Shown here piece after piece: positions 49,190-59,070 of a stretch of 64,000 nucleotides of DNA. The stretch lies in IMG/VR virus record IMGVR_UViG_3300042516_002489, positions 506-64,505 of that record; one strand, 5' to 3'. Numbering within the stretch: position 1 is the first letter of the stretch; the number at the start of each line of letters is the position of its first letter. Position numbers and translations under genes: made by a program. This stretch comes from a virus. Lineage: Duplodnaviria; Caudoviricetes. The notes under the pieces were generated by a model. It was not told the origin of the DNA. It searched no databases and was given only the letters and a program-made list of their open reading frames with translations.

Positions 49190-49835
49190 ACTCTTCTGAG
49201 AATCTTTGTTTCAAATCTCCAAGAGTCATAAACGTTGCTTTTCTATCTTTTATGAATTCAATATTTGTTCTAAGTTCTTTAATCTTATAGTCTGTAAACT
49301 TTAATATATAATAAGATAACCATAGATCATCAATGATCCAATATTCTTCGGGACAATCAAAAAAGTCTTCATTTAAGAATAGCTTAGATTCACAGATAAG
49401 ACCACCTGTGCCAGCATAATTGCCTAACTCATTACCAACAATTTTAATCTTTCTTTTGTATCTTGAATTAATCTTGTGTGCCCAAAAAGATTTTATACAA
49501 TCTCTTTCATATTGTCTATGACATTCTTGTATAAACGTATTTGGAATTATTTCATCGTCATCAATAAATATTATTTTTTCATATCCTTCTTCAGCAAGGT
49601 CTCTTGCCAACAGAAATCTAGCAAATTGTTTAAAATCATTTGCGTAGTTATGAACAGAGATATTTAAAGTCCCTTTATATTTATCTAAATATTGTAAAAG
49701 TTTTTCGTTTCTATTAGAATTGTCAACAATATAAAAATCAAAGTCTTTATCTGTTTGATTATTTAAGCAGTGCAAAGTAACTTTAAGGTTTTCAAACCTA
49801 ATATAAGTACACATTATTAGCGCTGTATTTGACAT
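49149..49835 (-). CDS. GT2-like glycosyltransferase
   Basis: IMCTY.R, FYIVDNS, IFIDDD, DDLWLSY. Confidence 0.75.
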   Translation of the reverse strand: MSNTALIMCTYIRFENLKVTLHCLNNQTDKDFDFYIVDNSNRNEKLLQYLDKYKGTLNISVHNYANDFKQFARFLLARDLAEEGYEKIIFIDDDEIIPNTFIQECHRQYERDCIKSFWAHKINSRYKRKIKIVGNELGNYAGTGGLICESKLFLNEDFFDCPEEYWIIDDLWLSYYILKFTDYKIKELRTNIEFIKDRKATFMTLGDLKQRFSEEFILPESEGIDSLE

Positions 49836-49860
49836 GTTAATCCATAATAGCATAAAAGAA

Positions 49861-49884
49861 GACCAGCCTATTTCTAGGCTGGCC
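49861..49884 (-). terminator. Terminator hairpin
   Basis: CCAGCCTA-TTTC-TAGGCTGG just downstream of the 49897 gene. Confidence 0.6.
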
Positions 49885-49896
49885 TCCATAATATAA

Positions 49897-50169
49897 CTAC
49901 TTTGCAGCAGCCTTTTTAGCAGCAGCCTTCTTCTTTACAGGTGCCTTAGCAGACTTTAGAGCCTTCTCTACTTCCTTAGCATCTGGCAATACGCCAAAAG
50001 CCTTGTCGTTAGGGTTTATTGCTCTGATTGCTACTGGTGCGATAGCAGCAACAAGTGCTGTCCATAGATCCTTTGGATCTGTTACGCCAGCCATGTATAG
50101 GGCAAGACCTGATGCAAGTACTGAGCGACCATATGATGCTAGTAGTGCCTTTAGTTGTTCTGTATTCAT
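49897..50169 (-). CDS. Holin-like membrane protein
   Basis: SYGRS.LA..L, two TM segments, RAINP.D.AFG, Lys/Ala tail. Confidence 0.6.
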   Translation of the reverse strand: MNTEQLKALLASYGRSVLASGLALYMAGVTDPKDLWTALVAAIAPVAIRAINPNDKAFGVLPDAKEVEKALKSAKAPVKKKAAAKKAAAK

Positions 50170-50179
50170 TTTATTCCTC

Positions 50180-50338
50180 CTAGGATATAACTCGTGTTAG
50201 TAATGTAAAGCCAATCCATAGACCAATAATTCCTGCGACTCCCGCAAAAACTGGTGGTGCTGGTACTGGCAATTTGAATGCTGCGAACACGACACCGCAT
50301 CCAAAACCTGTTAGTGTTGATAGAATAATATCTTTCAT
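50180..50338 (-). CDS. XapX-domain (DUF1427) small membrane protein
   Basis: Manual translation MKDIILSTLTGFGCGVVFAAFKLPVPAPPVFAGVAGIIGLWIG...; different frame from track ORF 50166. Confidence 0.8.
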   Translation of the reverse strand: MKDIILSTLTGFGCGVVFAAFKLPVPAPPVFAGVAGIIGLWIGFTLLTRVIS

Positions 50339-51213
50339 TGTTTCTCCTCAATAGATAATAGTTGTTTTAATTTTTTTTGTTTTGTATATTCTTTTATAGC
50401 TTCTATAACCACATCTCTTTCTTCAGGTGGCCAAGCATTCATTAATATTTGTTTTATTCCATCTTTTTCAAGCTTATCTACAAAATTATCAAATTGCTCA
50501 TAGGTAAAATATTCAACATCAGTTACTGAATGCTCTAACTCTCCTTTACGCCATGCTGGTTTTATAACATATCCATCTAAAAGGCTTAGCTCTGCTTCTG
50601 TTTTTCTAAATACTGGGGTCATTGCTATCATAGCATCTGTATCTTTTAGATTTATTTTATTTGATAATAATTGATCAGGGTTATTATTGTCTACAGACCA
50701 GTGTTGATTTATATAGGATCTGTAAGGTAAAATTATTTTATTTTTATATATCTGTGCTGCTTCTAATACATACTGATTTGTTGTTGATACATAAAAATCT
50801 AATTTATTAATGTAATCCTGATTTCCTGGCATTGTATTTAAGGTGTTTACATAATCAACAAGATATTTTGATCTATCAACCTTGCTTGATAAGTCATTAA
50901 CATTTCCTAATATTCCACCAAAATCTATTTCATTTTCTTTTGGATATCCAGAAATTAAATTTATTTGTAGTCTTTGTTTCATTATTGAGTTAATAGATTT
51001 GTTAATTATACAAAGGTATTGTGGTGAAATTGTGTATGGCCTTATTGCAACCAAGTATTTAATTTTTTCTGTAGATTTTATATCCCTTGCAACTTTTGTA
51101 AACATATCACCTTGTGATAAGTCATGTGTAAACATTACACCACTAAATCCACTATCTTCTAGTCTAGATATAAACCCTTCCTCAAAATAGCCACCAAAAT
51201 AATAAAATTCCAT
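50335..51213 (-). CDS. Luciferase-like (LLM) flavin-dependent monooxygenase
   Basis: E.SGF.GV, IKYLVAIRP..ISP, RL.INLISG (SsuD-like N-terminal half). Confidence 0.7.
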   Translation of the reverse strand: MEFYYFGGYFEEGFISRLEDSGFSGVMFTHDLSQGDMFTKVARDIKSTEKIKYLVAIRPYTISPQYLCIINKSINSIMKQRLQINLISGYPKENEIDFGGILGNVNDLSSKVDRSKYLVDYVNTLNTMPGNQDYINKLDFYVSTTNQYVLEAAQIYKNKIILPYRSYINQHWSVDNNNPDQLLSNKINLKDTDAMIAMTPVFRKTEAELSLLDGYVIKPAWRKGELEHSVTDVEYFTYEQFDNFVDKLEKDGIKQILMNAWPPEERDVVIEAIKEYTKQKKLKQLLSIEEKQ

Positions 51214-51219
51214 ATTAAA

Positions 51220-51978
51220 TTATCTCACACTTTCTTCTTTAATTTCTTCTATTACTTTTAATATAATGTCTGTTTCAAGGTCAGTAACATTATTTGATAT
51301 TAAGATTCCATCAAAATTATCTTGCTTTAAAGATAAAACAAAATCTTTAAATTCATTTTCTGTGAAGAACTCTGTATCTTGCAAGAAATTAGCCCTATCT
51401 AAACTATCCAGTTCCTTTTTATTTTTTCTAATTGCTGCAAGAACATATACCATAGACTTTTGTGGCTGTAGATCAAGATTTTTTGTTTTATACCATGAAT
51501 AGGGTACTATAACCTTGTTGTCTTTGACTGCTTCAAATATAAACTTATTTGTGCAAGATACATAAAATTGAGGAAGAATGTCTTTTATTTCTTTTAATTT
51601 TATTAAGTATTGTTCCATATAGTTTAATCTTTCTATATTTGAAGATAAATCATTGATATCTCCCACAATCGTACTAATAGTTTTTTCTTCATCAGGTATC
51701 GCTCCTGTTACAAAATTAATAAGTATTCTATTTCTAGATATTTTATCCATTGATGCTTTTATTTTCACCAATTGCTGTGGAGTAATAGCATAAGGCCTTG
51801 CTGCAACCATGTACTTTATCTTTAATTTTGTGTCTATAGAATGAGCTATATCTATAAAATAGTCAGGACCACTTGAAGAATATGGGAAAAGAATTCCCGT
51901 AAAACCAGAAATCTCTAATCGCTCAGATAGCTCTTTAAAATTAAAGGTAGGTGTTCTTTGAAACCAATATATTTTCAT
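51220..51978 (-). CDS. Luciferase-like (LLM) monooxygenase, tandem paralog
   Basis: E.SGF.GILFP, IKYMVAARP..ITP, RILINFVTG. Confidence 0.7.
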   Translation of the reverse strand: MKIYWFQRTPTFNFKELSERLEISGFTGILFPYSSSGPDYFIDIAHSIDTKLKIKYMVAARPYAITPQQLVKIKASMDKISRNRILINFVTGAIPDEEKTISTIVGDINDLSSNIERLNYMEQYLIKLKEIKDILPQFYVSCTNKFIFEAVKDNKVIVPYSWYKTKNLDLQPQKSMVYVLAAIRKNKKELDSLDRANFLQDTEFFTENEFKDFVLSLKQDNFDGILISNNVTDLETDIILKVIEEIKEESVR

Positions 51979-51980
51979 TT

Positions 51981-52914
51981 TTATTTTCCTGGTAATAATT
52001 TTTTTAATTTTTTAAATTCAATAGATATTTTTTTCATGCCATCATAGTTAGGAATCATGCCCATTATGTCACCGTACTCATCAAAATAACTAATAAGTGG
52101 GTCAACTTCTAATACAAAATCACTTAGACCAGACTGAACTTCTTCAATATAATCAAATGCTGAGTCACGAGAATCAGAAAGAAACTTAATAAAACTTTCT
52201 TGATGAGCATCATTGTCTAGTTTAGTTTGAGATGACATTAAATTTTCAATTTTTAAATATGCTACAGAAAGCTTTTTTACATTATTTTTTAATGCTCTGA
52301 CCTTAACATATAATATTAGTAGGGCAGATAATGAAATAAAAAGCAAAGATCCAAGTATGATTATAATTTCCATAATATATATTATACCAATGCCTCTCTT
52401 GTTACTAGCACAATTGCGCCTTCCATCTCTAATCCATGTTTTAGCTGAACAACATACTGTAATGCTGCTATTTTTTCATCATGCGTTAAATGAATAAATT
52501 GTTTTTCATCTAATTTTATAGTAAGAAAGTGCTCATTGTCAATAAGTTGAACAGAAAAACCTTTAGGTGCTTGTATAGCATGAAACGCTCTACGCATTGA
52601 ATCTGTATACATTATCTGTTATCTTTCTTATCTACATAGTGAAATAAATCTTCTAAAGATTCCCAGCCAAGATCTTCTTTTATTTCTAATGCTGCAAGAA
52701 AAATATCCCATGTTTCATAAACATACTGCTTTGCTAGGACTGTTGGTTCAACTAATTCGTTATCAACTAAAAATGCAATTGGCAAACCAATATCATTGTA
52801 CTCAATAAAATCTTTAAAATATTTATCAGACTTATAGTCCATCCAAAGTTCACCAAGGATGGCACACATTGATTCAAAGCTAGTTACATCTTCTCCATTG
52901 TTAGAGATTTCCAC
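51981..52914 (-). other. Three hypothetical ORFs (51981-52373, 52382-52612, 52612-52914)
   Basis: ORF track; the first has an N-terminal TM helix, the last is a paralog of 35834. Confidence 0.65.
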
Positions 52915-53171
52915 ATCTCACCCCATTTTTCTTTTGTCCTGTGTCTACTGAACTCCCGTGATATTTCACCATTCTCTAAGTATATACCACCCCATACACC
53001 CCACTCTTTACTAGATACACCGTTAGCAAAACATATCTTTTGAACTGGGCATGACTGGCATAGATTATCTATGATTGGTCTCATAAGCTCATCATCTTCA
53101 TACTTATCAAAAAATAAGTTTGTATCTGATCCTAGGCAAGCACCTTCATCTTTCCATAAGTGTTGCTTCAT
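52884..53171 (-). CDS. whiB: WhiB-family Fe-S transcription factor
   Basis: W...GAC......FF, C..CPV...C and GVWGG turn: four conserved Cys. Confidence 0.92.
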   Translation of the reverse strand: MKQHLWKDEGACLGSDTNLFFDKYEDDELMRPIIDNLCQSCPVQKICFANGVSSKEWGVWGGIYLENGEISREFSRHRTKEKWGEMWKSLTMEKM

Positions 53172-53173
53172 TT

Positions 53174-54136
53174 TTATTCCTTATATCTATTTGGAATATC
53201 CCAGCCATTACGATCAGGTACAAATGTCTTTGCCAAAAACCATTTACCATTACGACGAATTCCATTAACAGCAGTCTTGGCAACATCAGACTGCTTAGTT
53301 TCTACAACTGTCCAACCATCCCAATGTAAGTTGTAGTTCTTTGCTACAATCTGTTCCATTGTCTTTAAATCTTTTACAATCATTTTTTTACCCCTTAGTA
53401 TCTAAAAATTCCGACTTCAATATTATTTTTTTCTGCAGTTGTAACAAGTCTTGATACAGCCTGCTTTGGCTTACCCAAAAATGCAAGATAGTTTACGCTA
53501 GATATGTTTTCTTCAACCCAGGAAGCAGGAACTTTATAGAACCTAATTTTTCTTCCACGAGATTTCATGCCTCTTTCTGATAGATTGCAAAACTCAGAAA
53601 CAAAAGAGTTTATTGAAGCTGGCCCAGCAGAATAAACTGTAAACTCTTTGTCTCCATCTTGCATCCCAGAAAGAGCAACACTCATGGCACGAAGAAAGAC
53701 TTGGTAATTATTAAAGTCAGCCGTTCCATGTACTGCTACTATCATCAGAATTTCCATTCTTTAAGCTATCCAGTATGAATAGCATCTTATCAATATCTCG
53801 CTTTGACATATTGTTTGTGTCAACTGGCCTAACAGTTTCTGAGTCTACTTCCCCATTTACTGCATCTGCCACATAGAACATATTGTTATGTACCCAGTAT
53901 GCACTACCCTCTATTATCAGCACCTTTACCGTATTGTTACGAACATGCTTTCTTGATTGAGAAAGCATTTTTGGTACTTCAAAAAGATCTTTTGGTAAAA
54001 AACTTTTTACTATTTGATGAATACTACTTTGAGTATAAACAAGTTTAGCAAAATACTTTTTACGCTTTTTTACTACTATTAAAAGTATAGAGCAAAAGGT
54101 TATCAATGTCAAGCCAATAGATAAGGCTAGTATCAT
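53174..54136 (-). other. Three hypothetical ORFs (53174-53383, 53395-53757 SLOG/YspA-like, 53717-54136)
   Basis: ORF track; 53395 has a VAVHGT..F.NY..F Rossmannoid start. Confidence 0.55.
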
Positions 54137-54138
54137 TT

Positions 54139-54495
54139 TTACCCCTTAAAATTAAACGGGCTGCCCTGCCAAAACTTTTTTTCTCTTTCAACAATGGCAC
54201 GGCTCCAAGAAAATCCTGCATCGCCACCCCAAGCATCCCACATAATTCTTCCGTTAGATGGAAATTCTGGTCCATCAAAAAAGCCTTTACCTTTTTTATC
54301 TACTTCATGACGAGAAAAAAATGAATACATTCTCTTAACAGTATCAAGAGACATTGATCTTCCTGCAACTATATCGCTTGCTCTTCCCCAACCTACTGGA
54401 GTTCCAGCACCTGTTGCCTTTCCATCTTCTTTCCACTTCAAAGCACGACGTGCTGCAGCTTTCATGCCATCATTTGGTTTATATGTATCAGCCAT
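54139..54495 (-). CDS. Phage protein, near-identical to the N-domain of 42896
   Basis: MADTY.PN.GMKAAARRALKWKE.GKATGAGTPVGWGRA... Confidence 0.75.
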   Translation of the reverse strand: MADTYKPNDGMKAAARRALKWKEDGKATGAGTPVGWGRASDIVAGRSMSLDTVKRMYSFFSRHEVDKKGKGFFDGPEFPSNGRIMWDAWGGDAGFSWSRAIVEREKKFWQGSPFNFKG

Positions 54496-55400
54496 TATTT
54501 ATTAAACTTTCTTGGATCAAACTGCCCACTCCAAAGATCTAAGCTAATTGACTTTTCAGAACTATAGGTTCCACCACGACGTTTGTATTCTTGCACAACC
54601 CAAGCATTTGCAACGGCAGAAGGATAAACGTCAAACCTATCCTTTGCTGCTTGGACAACTGTTGCATAAAGTCTAGGATTTGTTGGTTTTGATCCACCAC
54701 TTCTTGGCTTGATCATTTCTCCATAATTAGGCTTCTTAGCTTTTTCCATTTCATCTTCCATTTCATTTGACTTTTTAACAGGAACACAGTTAGGAACCAT
54801 GCGACCATCTTTTTCTTTCATACCTTGTTGAGTATATCCAACCCAACATGCTTTTGTAATATTATCCCACTTATCCATCTCTTCGTCATCTGAATAATAA
54901 TCTTCTGATTTGCCAATTGATGAATCATACATTGCCATAGCAACTTCAGAATCATAGTCTTCTTCATCATCTTCCATGCTATGATTGTTTATATCAATAA
55001 TTTCAGCATCCTTGTACATCATTCCAATACTATATGCTGTTGGTTCCCACTTGCCATCTTCTTCTTCATAAATTCTAACAGCCATAGCTGGATTTTCTGG
55101 AGGCATAGATTGAATTGCATACTCTGTTCCAGGAACTCCGTATACTCCACCCTCAATCATAATGTGCTCTACCATGCCATGAACCATTCCTTCTGATGTC
55201 ATGCCCATTACAAAGTCACCTTCTTTAATAACTTCCTGCATCATCATTGATGGATCAACTGCTTTGTTTTCAGTCTTCTTTTTTCTTCTTCTTTTTGGCA
55301 TTGTTGCAGGCTTCTTCATACCAGCTTCAGGATTAATAAAATCTGATGGGTTTTCAGGGGTAGCTGATGATTGAATGGCTTTTGCATCCTTGTCTGACAT
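54495..55400 (-). CDS. Multidomain phage protein with CW.GY...VPNCVP and DUF5872-like C-terminus
   Basis: ACWVGY...MVPNCVP; YPSAVANAWVVQEYKRRGG. Confidence 0.7.
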   Translation of the reverse strand: MSDKDAKAIQSSATPENPSDFINPEAGMKKPATMPKRRRKKKTENKAVDPSMMMQEVIKEGDFVMGMTSEGMVHGMVEHIMIEGGVYGVPGTEYAIQSMPPENPAMAVRIYEEEDGKWEPTAYSIGMMYKDAEIIDINNHSMEDDEEDYDSEVAMAMYDSSIGKSEDYYSDDEEMDKWDNITKACWVGYTQQGMKEKDGRMVPNCVPVKKSNEMEDEMEKAKKPNYGEMIKPRSGGSKPTNPRLYATVVQAAKDRFDVYPSAVANAWVVQEYKRRGGTYSSEKSISLDLWSGQFDPRKFNK

Positions 55401-55436
55401 AATTAACCTCCTGTTTACACTCTGATTATATCAGAC

Positions 55437-55775
55437 TTATTGAGAGTCTATGGCTCTCTTGAGCTCCCTCAAAGACCATCTTTCTTCTTTGGAAAGCTTT
55501 GCAACCTCATTTTCATCATAATATTTATCATTTATATTTATTAGTGGGTCATCGCTGAAGAAGTCTATATCTACAAAACCTTTTTGCCAAAGAGACATTA
55601 GATCAGCATTGATGAAGTTTATATGTTCTTCGTATAAGTCTGGCATTAAATCTCTTATTTTAGGTGTAAGGGAGTACAGCATTTCTCCACTTTCTGGATC
55701 AATTCCTGCAAACTCAATACCACCCTCAAGTATAAGATTATCTACCATCTTACTTATTTCTTCGTCATTAAACAT
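55437..55775 (-). CDS. Hypothetical protein
   Basis: 112 aa. Confidence 0.65.
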   Translation of the reverse strand: MFNDEEISKMVDNLILEGGIEFAGIDPESGEMLYSLTPKIRDLMPDLYEEHINFINADLMSLWQKGFVDIDFFSDDPLININDKYYDENEVAKLSKEERWSLRELKRAIDSQ

Positions 55776-56019
55776 TTAGCATTTCCAATAGGCTATCTTT
55801 AGTTTGGGAACCAGTGGATCTGCTCACTATTTCTCCATCTTTAATAATGATAAAAGTTGGAACTGACTTAATTTCAAAAGCTTTAACAAGTTCCATCTCA
55901 GAATCTACATCTATAAGTTTAAATTTTATTACACTATCCTTATTGATCTCTTCTACAATTGGCCTTACCTTTTTACAAGGAGCACACCAGTCTGCAGTAA
56001 AGTAATAAGCAATAATCAT
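55768..56019 (-). CDS. trx: Thioredoxin
   Basis: FTADWCAPCK and SVPT motifs. Confidence 0.9.
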   Translation of the reverse strand: MIIAYYFTADWCAPCKKVRPIVEEINKDSVIKFKLIDVDSEMELVKAFEIKSVPTFIIIKDGEIVSRSTGSQTKDSLLEMLNV

Positions 56020-56423
56020 TTACCAGACTTTTTTCTAGCCTTAGCAAGTGCATCAAAGTCTTTTACTTTGGTATCTCCCATATATCCCCAGGCATAACCA
56101 TCGTTGATCATCATATCATTAAGAGATACTGTGTCTCCATTTATGTATACCCATCCTAAAATGCGACCATACTTTTCAGATGAGTCCATCTTCTCAGTCT
56201 TGATAATAACAGACTTAGCATCCTTTAGAGCTTTCTTGAGATACTCTTTAGACTCAATACCAAGAGCTTTCTCTTTAAGATCTTTTGTCCGAGACTCAGG
56301 AGTATCAATACCAGCGAGTCTTACACGGGACTGAAATAAAATATCAAAACCTAAATCAATAAGAACATCAATGGTATCTCCATCTACGACATTTTCTACT
56401 TTTCTTACATAATACTCATACAT
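56016..56423 (-). CDS. Thermonuclease (SNase-family)
   Basis: VVDGDTI, VRLAGIDTPE, KYGRILG. Confidence 0.9.
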   Translation of the reverse strand: MYEYYVRKVENVVDGDTIDVLIDLGFDILFQSRVRLAGIDTPESRTKDLKEKALGIESKEYLKKALKDAKSVIIKTEKMDSSEKYGRILGWVYINGDTVSLNDMMINDGYAWGYMGDTKVKDFDALAKARKKSGK

Positions 56424-56566
56424 TTACTTTGATCCCTTTGCTCTTTGCCCTCTATAGCCAGTCTTTTTCTTATTCATAGAGCCTGGCTTTTTATACCCTG
56501 CCCCTGCTGGTGTTGCAGCAATTCTTTGCTCCAAAGCTTTCTTAATTTTATCGTTATGCTTTCCCA

Positions 56567-56821
56567 TTAGTAATCCTTCCCCTTTGCTTTATTTTCAATT
56601 AACTTATCACGTTCATCAGTTATGCTAATCATAAAAGACATCATTTTTGCATAACCTTCTGGATTATCCATAATCTTATTATAGTGATGGCCACAAAACA
56701 TTAGCTCTCCATTTATACCAGAAACCTTTACTAAAGCTTCTGCTGCACATGAGTCACATCTATCTGTTGCTTTAAGAACCCACTCTTTAGTTTCTACAGG
56801 GGTATCAATCATGGTACTCAT
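56567..56821 (-). CDS. Small Cys/His (Zn-binding) protein
   Basis: DRCDSC.A.A....L.FCGHH. Confidence 0.65.
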   Translation of the reverse strand: MSTMIDTPVETKEWVLKATDRCDSCAAEALVKVSGINGELMFCGHHYNKIMDNPEGYAKMMSFMISITDERDKLIENKAKGKDY

Positions 56822-56828
56822 ATTATAC

Positions 56829-57014
56829 CTACTTCTTTCTATTATCAGTGGAATAAAAACCACTGCCATTGAAAACTGCTCCTACATTAGAGTATACACG
56901 AACCAGTCTATGGTTGCAAGTTTCACAGGCATACCCTGGGTCAGAATCATTAATAGATCTTTCTTTAATAAATCTTATACCGCATGGCATACAATCATAT
57001 TCATAAATAGCCAT
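56829..57014 (-). CDS. FmdB-family zinc-ribbon protein
   Basis: YEY.C..CG..F....C..C...L.RV.S....F.GSGFY.TD. Confidence 0.85.
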   Translation of the reverse strand: MAIYEYDCMPCGIRFIKERSINDSDPGYACETCNHRLVRVYSNVGAVFNGSGFYSTDNRKK

Positions 57015-57018
57015 TTAT

Positions 57019-57639
57019 TTACCTATCGTGAAGCCATGTCACTATAACATACTTAGTTCCAGATTCTACTGGATGAGCAATATGTCCATATGCATAGTTT
57101 GATGGGAATAGCATTAGTGTTCCAGCTTTTGGTTTAATTTTTACGTTTAAATGAGGAAAATCAATTTCACCACCAACATAATCATCATTTAGATATATTA
57201 AAACAGAAATACTTCTTTTGCTTTCAGTGCCTCCATCATAATGAAATTTATACTCTTCACCAGCAGAATACTTAAGAAGACCATAATGTTCAACATCTTT
57301 TATTTCTGCTTCTATTTTGAATATACCCCTGTAATTATGCACTGCTGAAGATATTAACTCATAACACCTATTGTTTATTTGTCTAAACACTTCATTAGAC
57401 CTTGCAGCCTTGGTTATATTCAATCCAGAACTTGTTCTAATTGACTGAACAAAACCATTTCCAGCATGTATATCTGCATTGGTTTGTGATGGAACAAACC
57501 TAATATCTGAATCAATATCTGAAGTAAGTTCTAACACATCATCAATTGTTTTTGAATAATCATGCCAGATATTTTCATAAACAGCTATAGACCCTCCAAC
57601 AATATAAGTTGGATTTATTGGAAATGAGTTGATATACAT
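57019..57639 (-). CDS. 2OG-Fe(II) oxygenase (prolyl-hydroxylase-like)
   Basis: HYD, YLNDDY.GGE, FPSN..Y.H, KY. Confidence 0.9.
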   Translation of the reverse strand: MYINSFPINPTYIVGGSIAVYENIWHDYSKTIDDVLELTSDIDSDIRFVPSQTNADIHAGNGFVQSIRTSSGLNITKAARSNEVFRQINNRCYELISSAVHNYRGIFKIEAEIKDVEHYGLLKYSAGEEYKFHYDGGTESKRSISVLIYLNDDYVGGEIDFPHLNVKIKPKAGTLMLFPSNYAYGHIAHPVESGTKYVIVTWLHDR

Positions 57640-57839
57640 TACTTTATTCCTTTTCCAAACTTAGCCCAGACTCTTTCGTGCAAAAAATATCCAAGAGCTT
57701 CCCATCCAATGTAGATTAAAGCACCAAGGCTAGCATATTCCCATTCTCCAGTGAACAAATAAATAACACCTGCAACACCGACTAGATGAAAGGTTTCCCA
57801 GCTTGCTGTTTTAAGTAATGTTCTTTTTGTTGATTCCAT
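57639..57839 (-). CDS. DUF2061-like membrane protein
   Basis: ESTKRTL.KT.SW...YFLHERVW. Confidence 0.75.
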   Translation of the reverse strand: MESTKRTLLKTASWETFHLVGVAGVIYLFTGEWEYASLGALIYIGWEALGYFLHERVWAKFGKGIK

Positions 57840-57840
57840 A

Positions 57841-58632
57841 TTACTTTCCTCTCAAAGCTTTTAGTGTTGCTTGATCTACAATTCCTGTTACTGGTAGAGC
57901 AGATTTATTTTGAAATGCTTTAACTGCCTTTTCAGTACCTGGACCAAAATCACCATCTGCTTTAAGGCCAAGTAACTCTTGAACCTTCTTTACAGATTCT
58001 CCTTTTGAACCAACCTTAAATGGCTTAAACTCTTTCTTAACTGGAGCAGGTGTTGCCTCAGTAGATGGTACAGATGGCTTTGCAACTACTCCGCCCTTTG
58101 AAAGCAATGGAACATTTTCTTCTCCAGCATAAACTGGACGACCCCAGCCAACTACTGCATTTAAAATACCCTTTTTATTTTTTACATAAGCACGAGTCTT
58201 TTCTACACACATTCCGCCATTACGTTGGTCTCCCTTAGCAGTTCCAGATGTGTTTCCTTCAATAACTTGGATAGTTCCATCGCCATTGTTCTTGATGCAC
58301 AATCCAACATGCGAAATGCGATTTACACCATCATCTGGGAAATCAAAATAAATCCAGTCTCCTGGAGTTGGATCATCATTACGAGCATCGGCCCAACGAT
58401 TATTCTTTTTAAACCAATCTGCTGCTGCAACTGTTGATGCAGTCTTTGGATACTTCTTTGGATCTAAGCCTGATGTAAATGCACACCACGAAACAAATGA
58501 TTGGCACCAAGCTAAAAAGTTTGCACCAGACCACTTACCGTACTTTGTTTCATTATCTTTAGGACCTTCAATGGTTCCTACTTCTTTCTTAGCAACTTCA
58601 ATAATTGCTTCTAAACTACCTTTTACCGCCAT
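57841..58632 (-). CDS. Endolysin: CHAP amidase + peptidoglycan-binding domain
   Basis: WC.SFVSW, HVG, IEGNT; C-terminal GSKG..V..VQ..L...DG.FG..T..AV..FQ. Confidence 0.9.
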   Translation of the reverse strand: MAVKGSLEAIIEVAKKEVGTIEGPKDNETKYGKWSGANFLAWCQSFVSWCAFTSGLDPKKYPKTASTVAAADWFKKNNRWADARNDDPTPGDWIYFDFPDDGVNRISHVGLCIKNNGDGTIQVIEGNTSGTAKGDQRNGGMCVEKTRAYVKNKKGILNAVVGWGRPVYAGEENVPLLSKGGVVAKPSVPSTEATPAPVKKEFKPFKVGSKGESVKKVQELLGLKADGDFGPGTEKAVKAFQNKSALPVTGIVDQATLKALRGK

Positions 58633-58669
58633 TTTTTCCTCCTATTAGGTATGACATTCTATTATATCA

Positions 58670-58945
58670 TTACGAAGCTTTATCTGTCAAACGATTATGA
58701 GTTCTAATCCTATGACAGTTAGCACATACAACTTCACATTTTGATATTTCTTTTTTGATTGCTGCCCAAGAAAATCCATCGTGAATCATTCTTGATATAT
58801 TATATTTTTTATCTTTTAGATGATCAAAGTCTAAAACTATATGGTTGCATTCTCCGCAGTCAACACACCCACTAGCCTCTTTAATTTCTTTTAGACGCTG
58901 CTTGAATTGCTGTTTGTTGTAAACTACCAATTCTTTTTCTGACAT
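58670..58945 (-). CDS. HNH endonuclease-like protein
   Basis: C.DCG......LDFDH...KC.VVCANCH. Confidence 0.8.
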   Translation of the reverse strand: MSEKELVVYNKQQFKQRLKEIKEASGCVDCGECNHIVLDFDHLKDKKYNISRMIHDGFSWAAIKKEISKCEVVCANCHRIRTHNRLTDKAS

Positions 58946-58976
58946 GGTTTTATAATTATACACCTAAATGTAAATG

Positions 58977-59056
58977 CCCCACACAGGTAATTCAGGCACG
59001 AAGGCCAGGTTATATATAAATGGGTAACTAAGCCATCTCTAAGGTCCTGTGTGGGG
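58977..59056 (-). ncRNA. Candidate structured sRNA downstream of hsp20
   Basis: Perfect 11-bp closing stem CCCCACACAGG/CCTGTGTGGGG around 58 nt; TATAAT at 59060-59065 on the minus strand. Confidence 0.5.
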
Positions 59057-59070
59057 ACTATTATATTTTA

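Noticed and set aside
50166-50351. 61-aa track ORF
   Set aside because: The overlapping frame 50180-50338 gives a clear XapX-like protein and is the better call.
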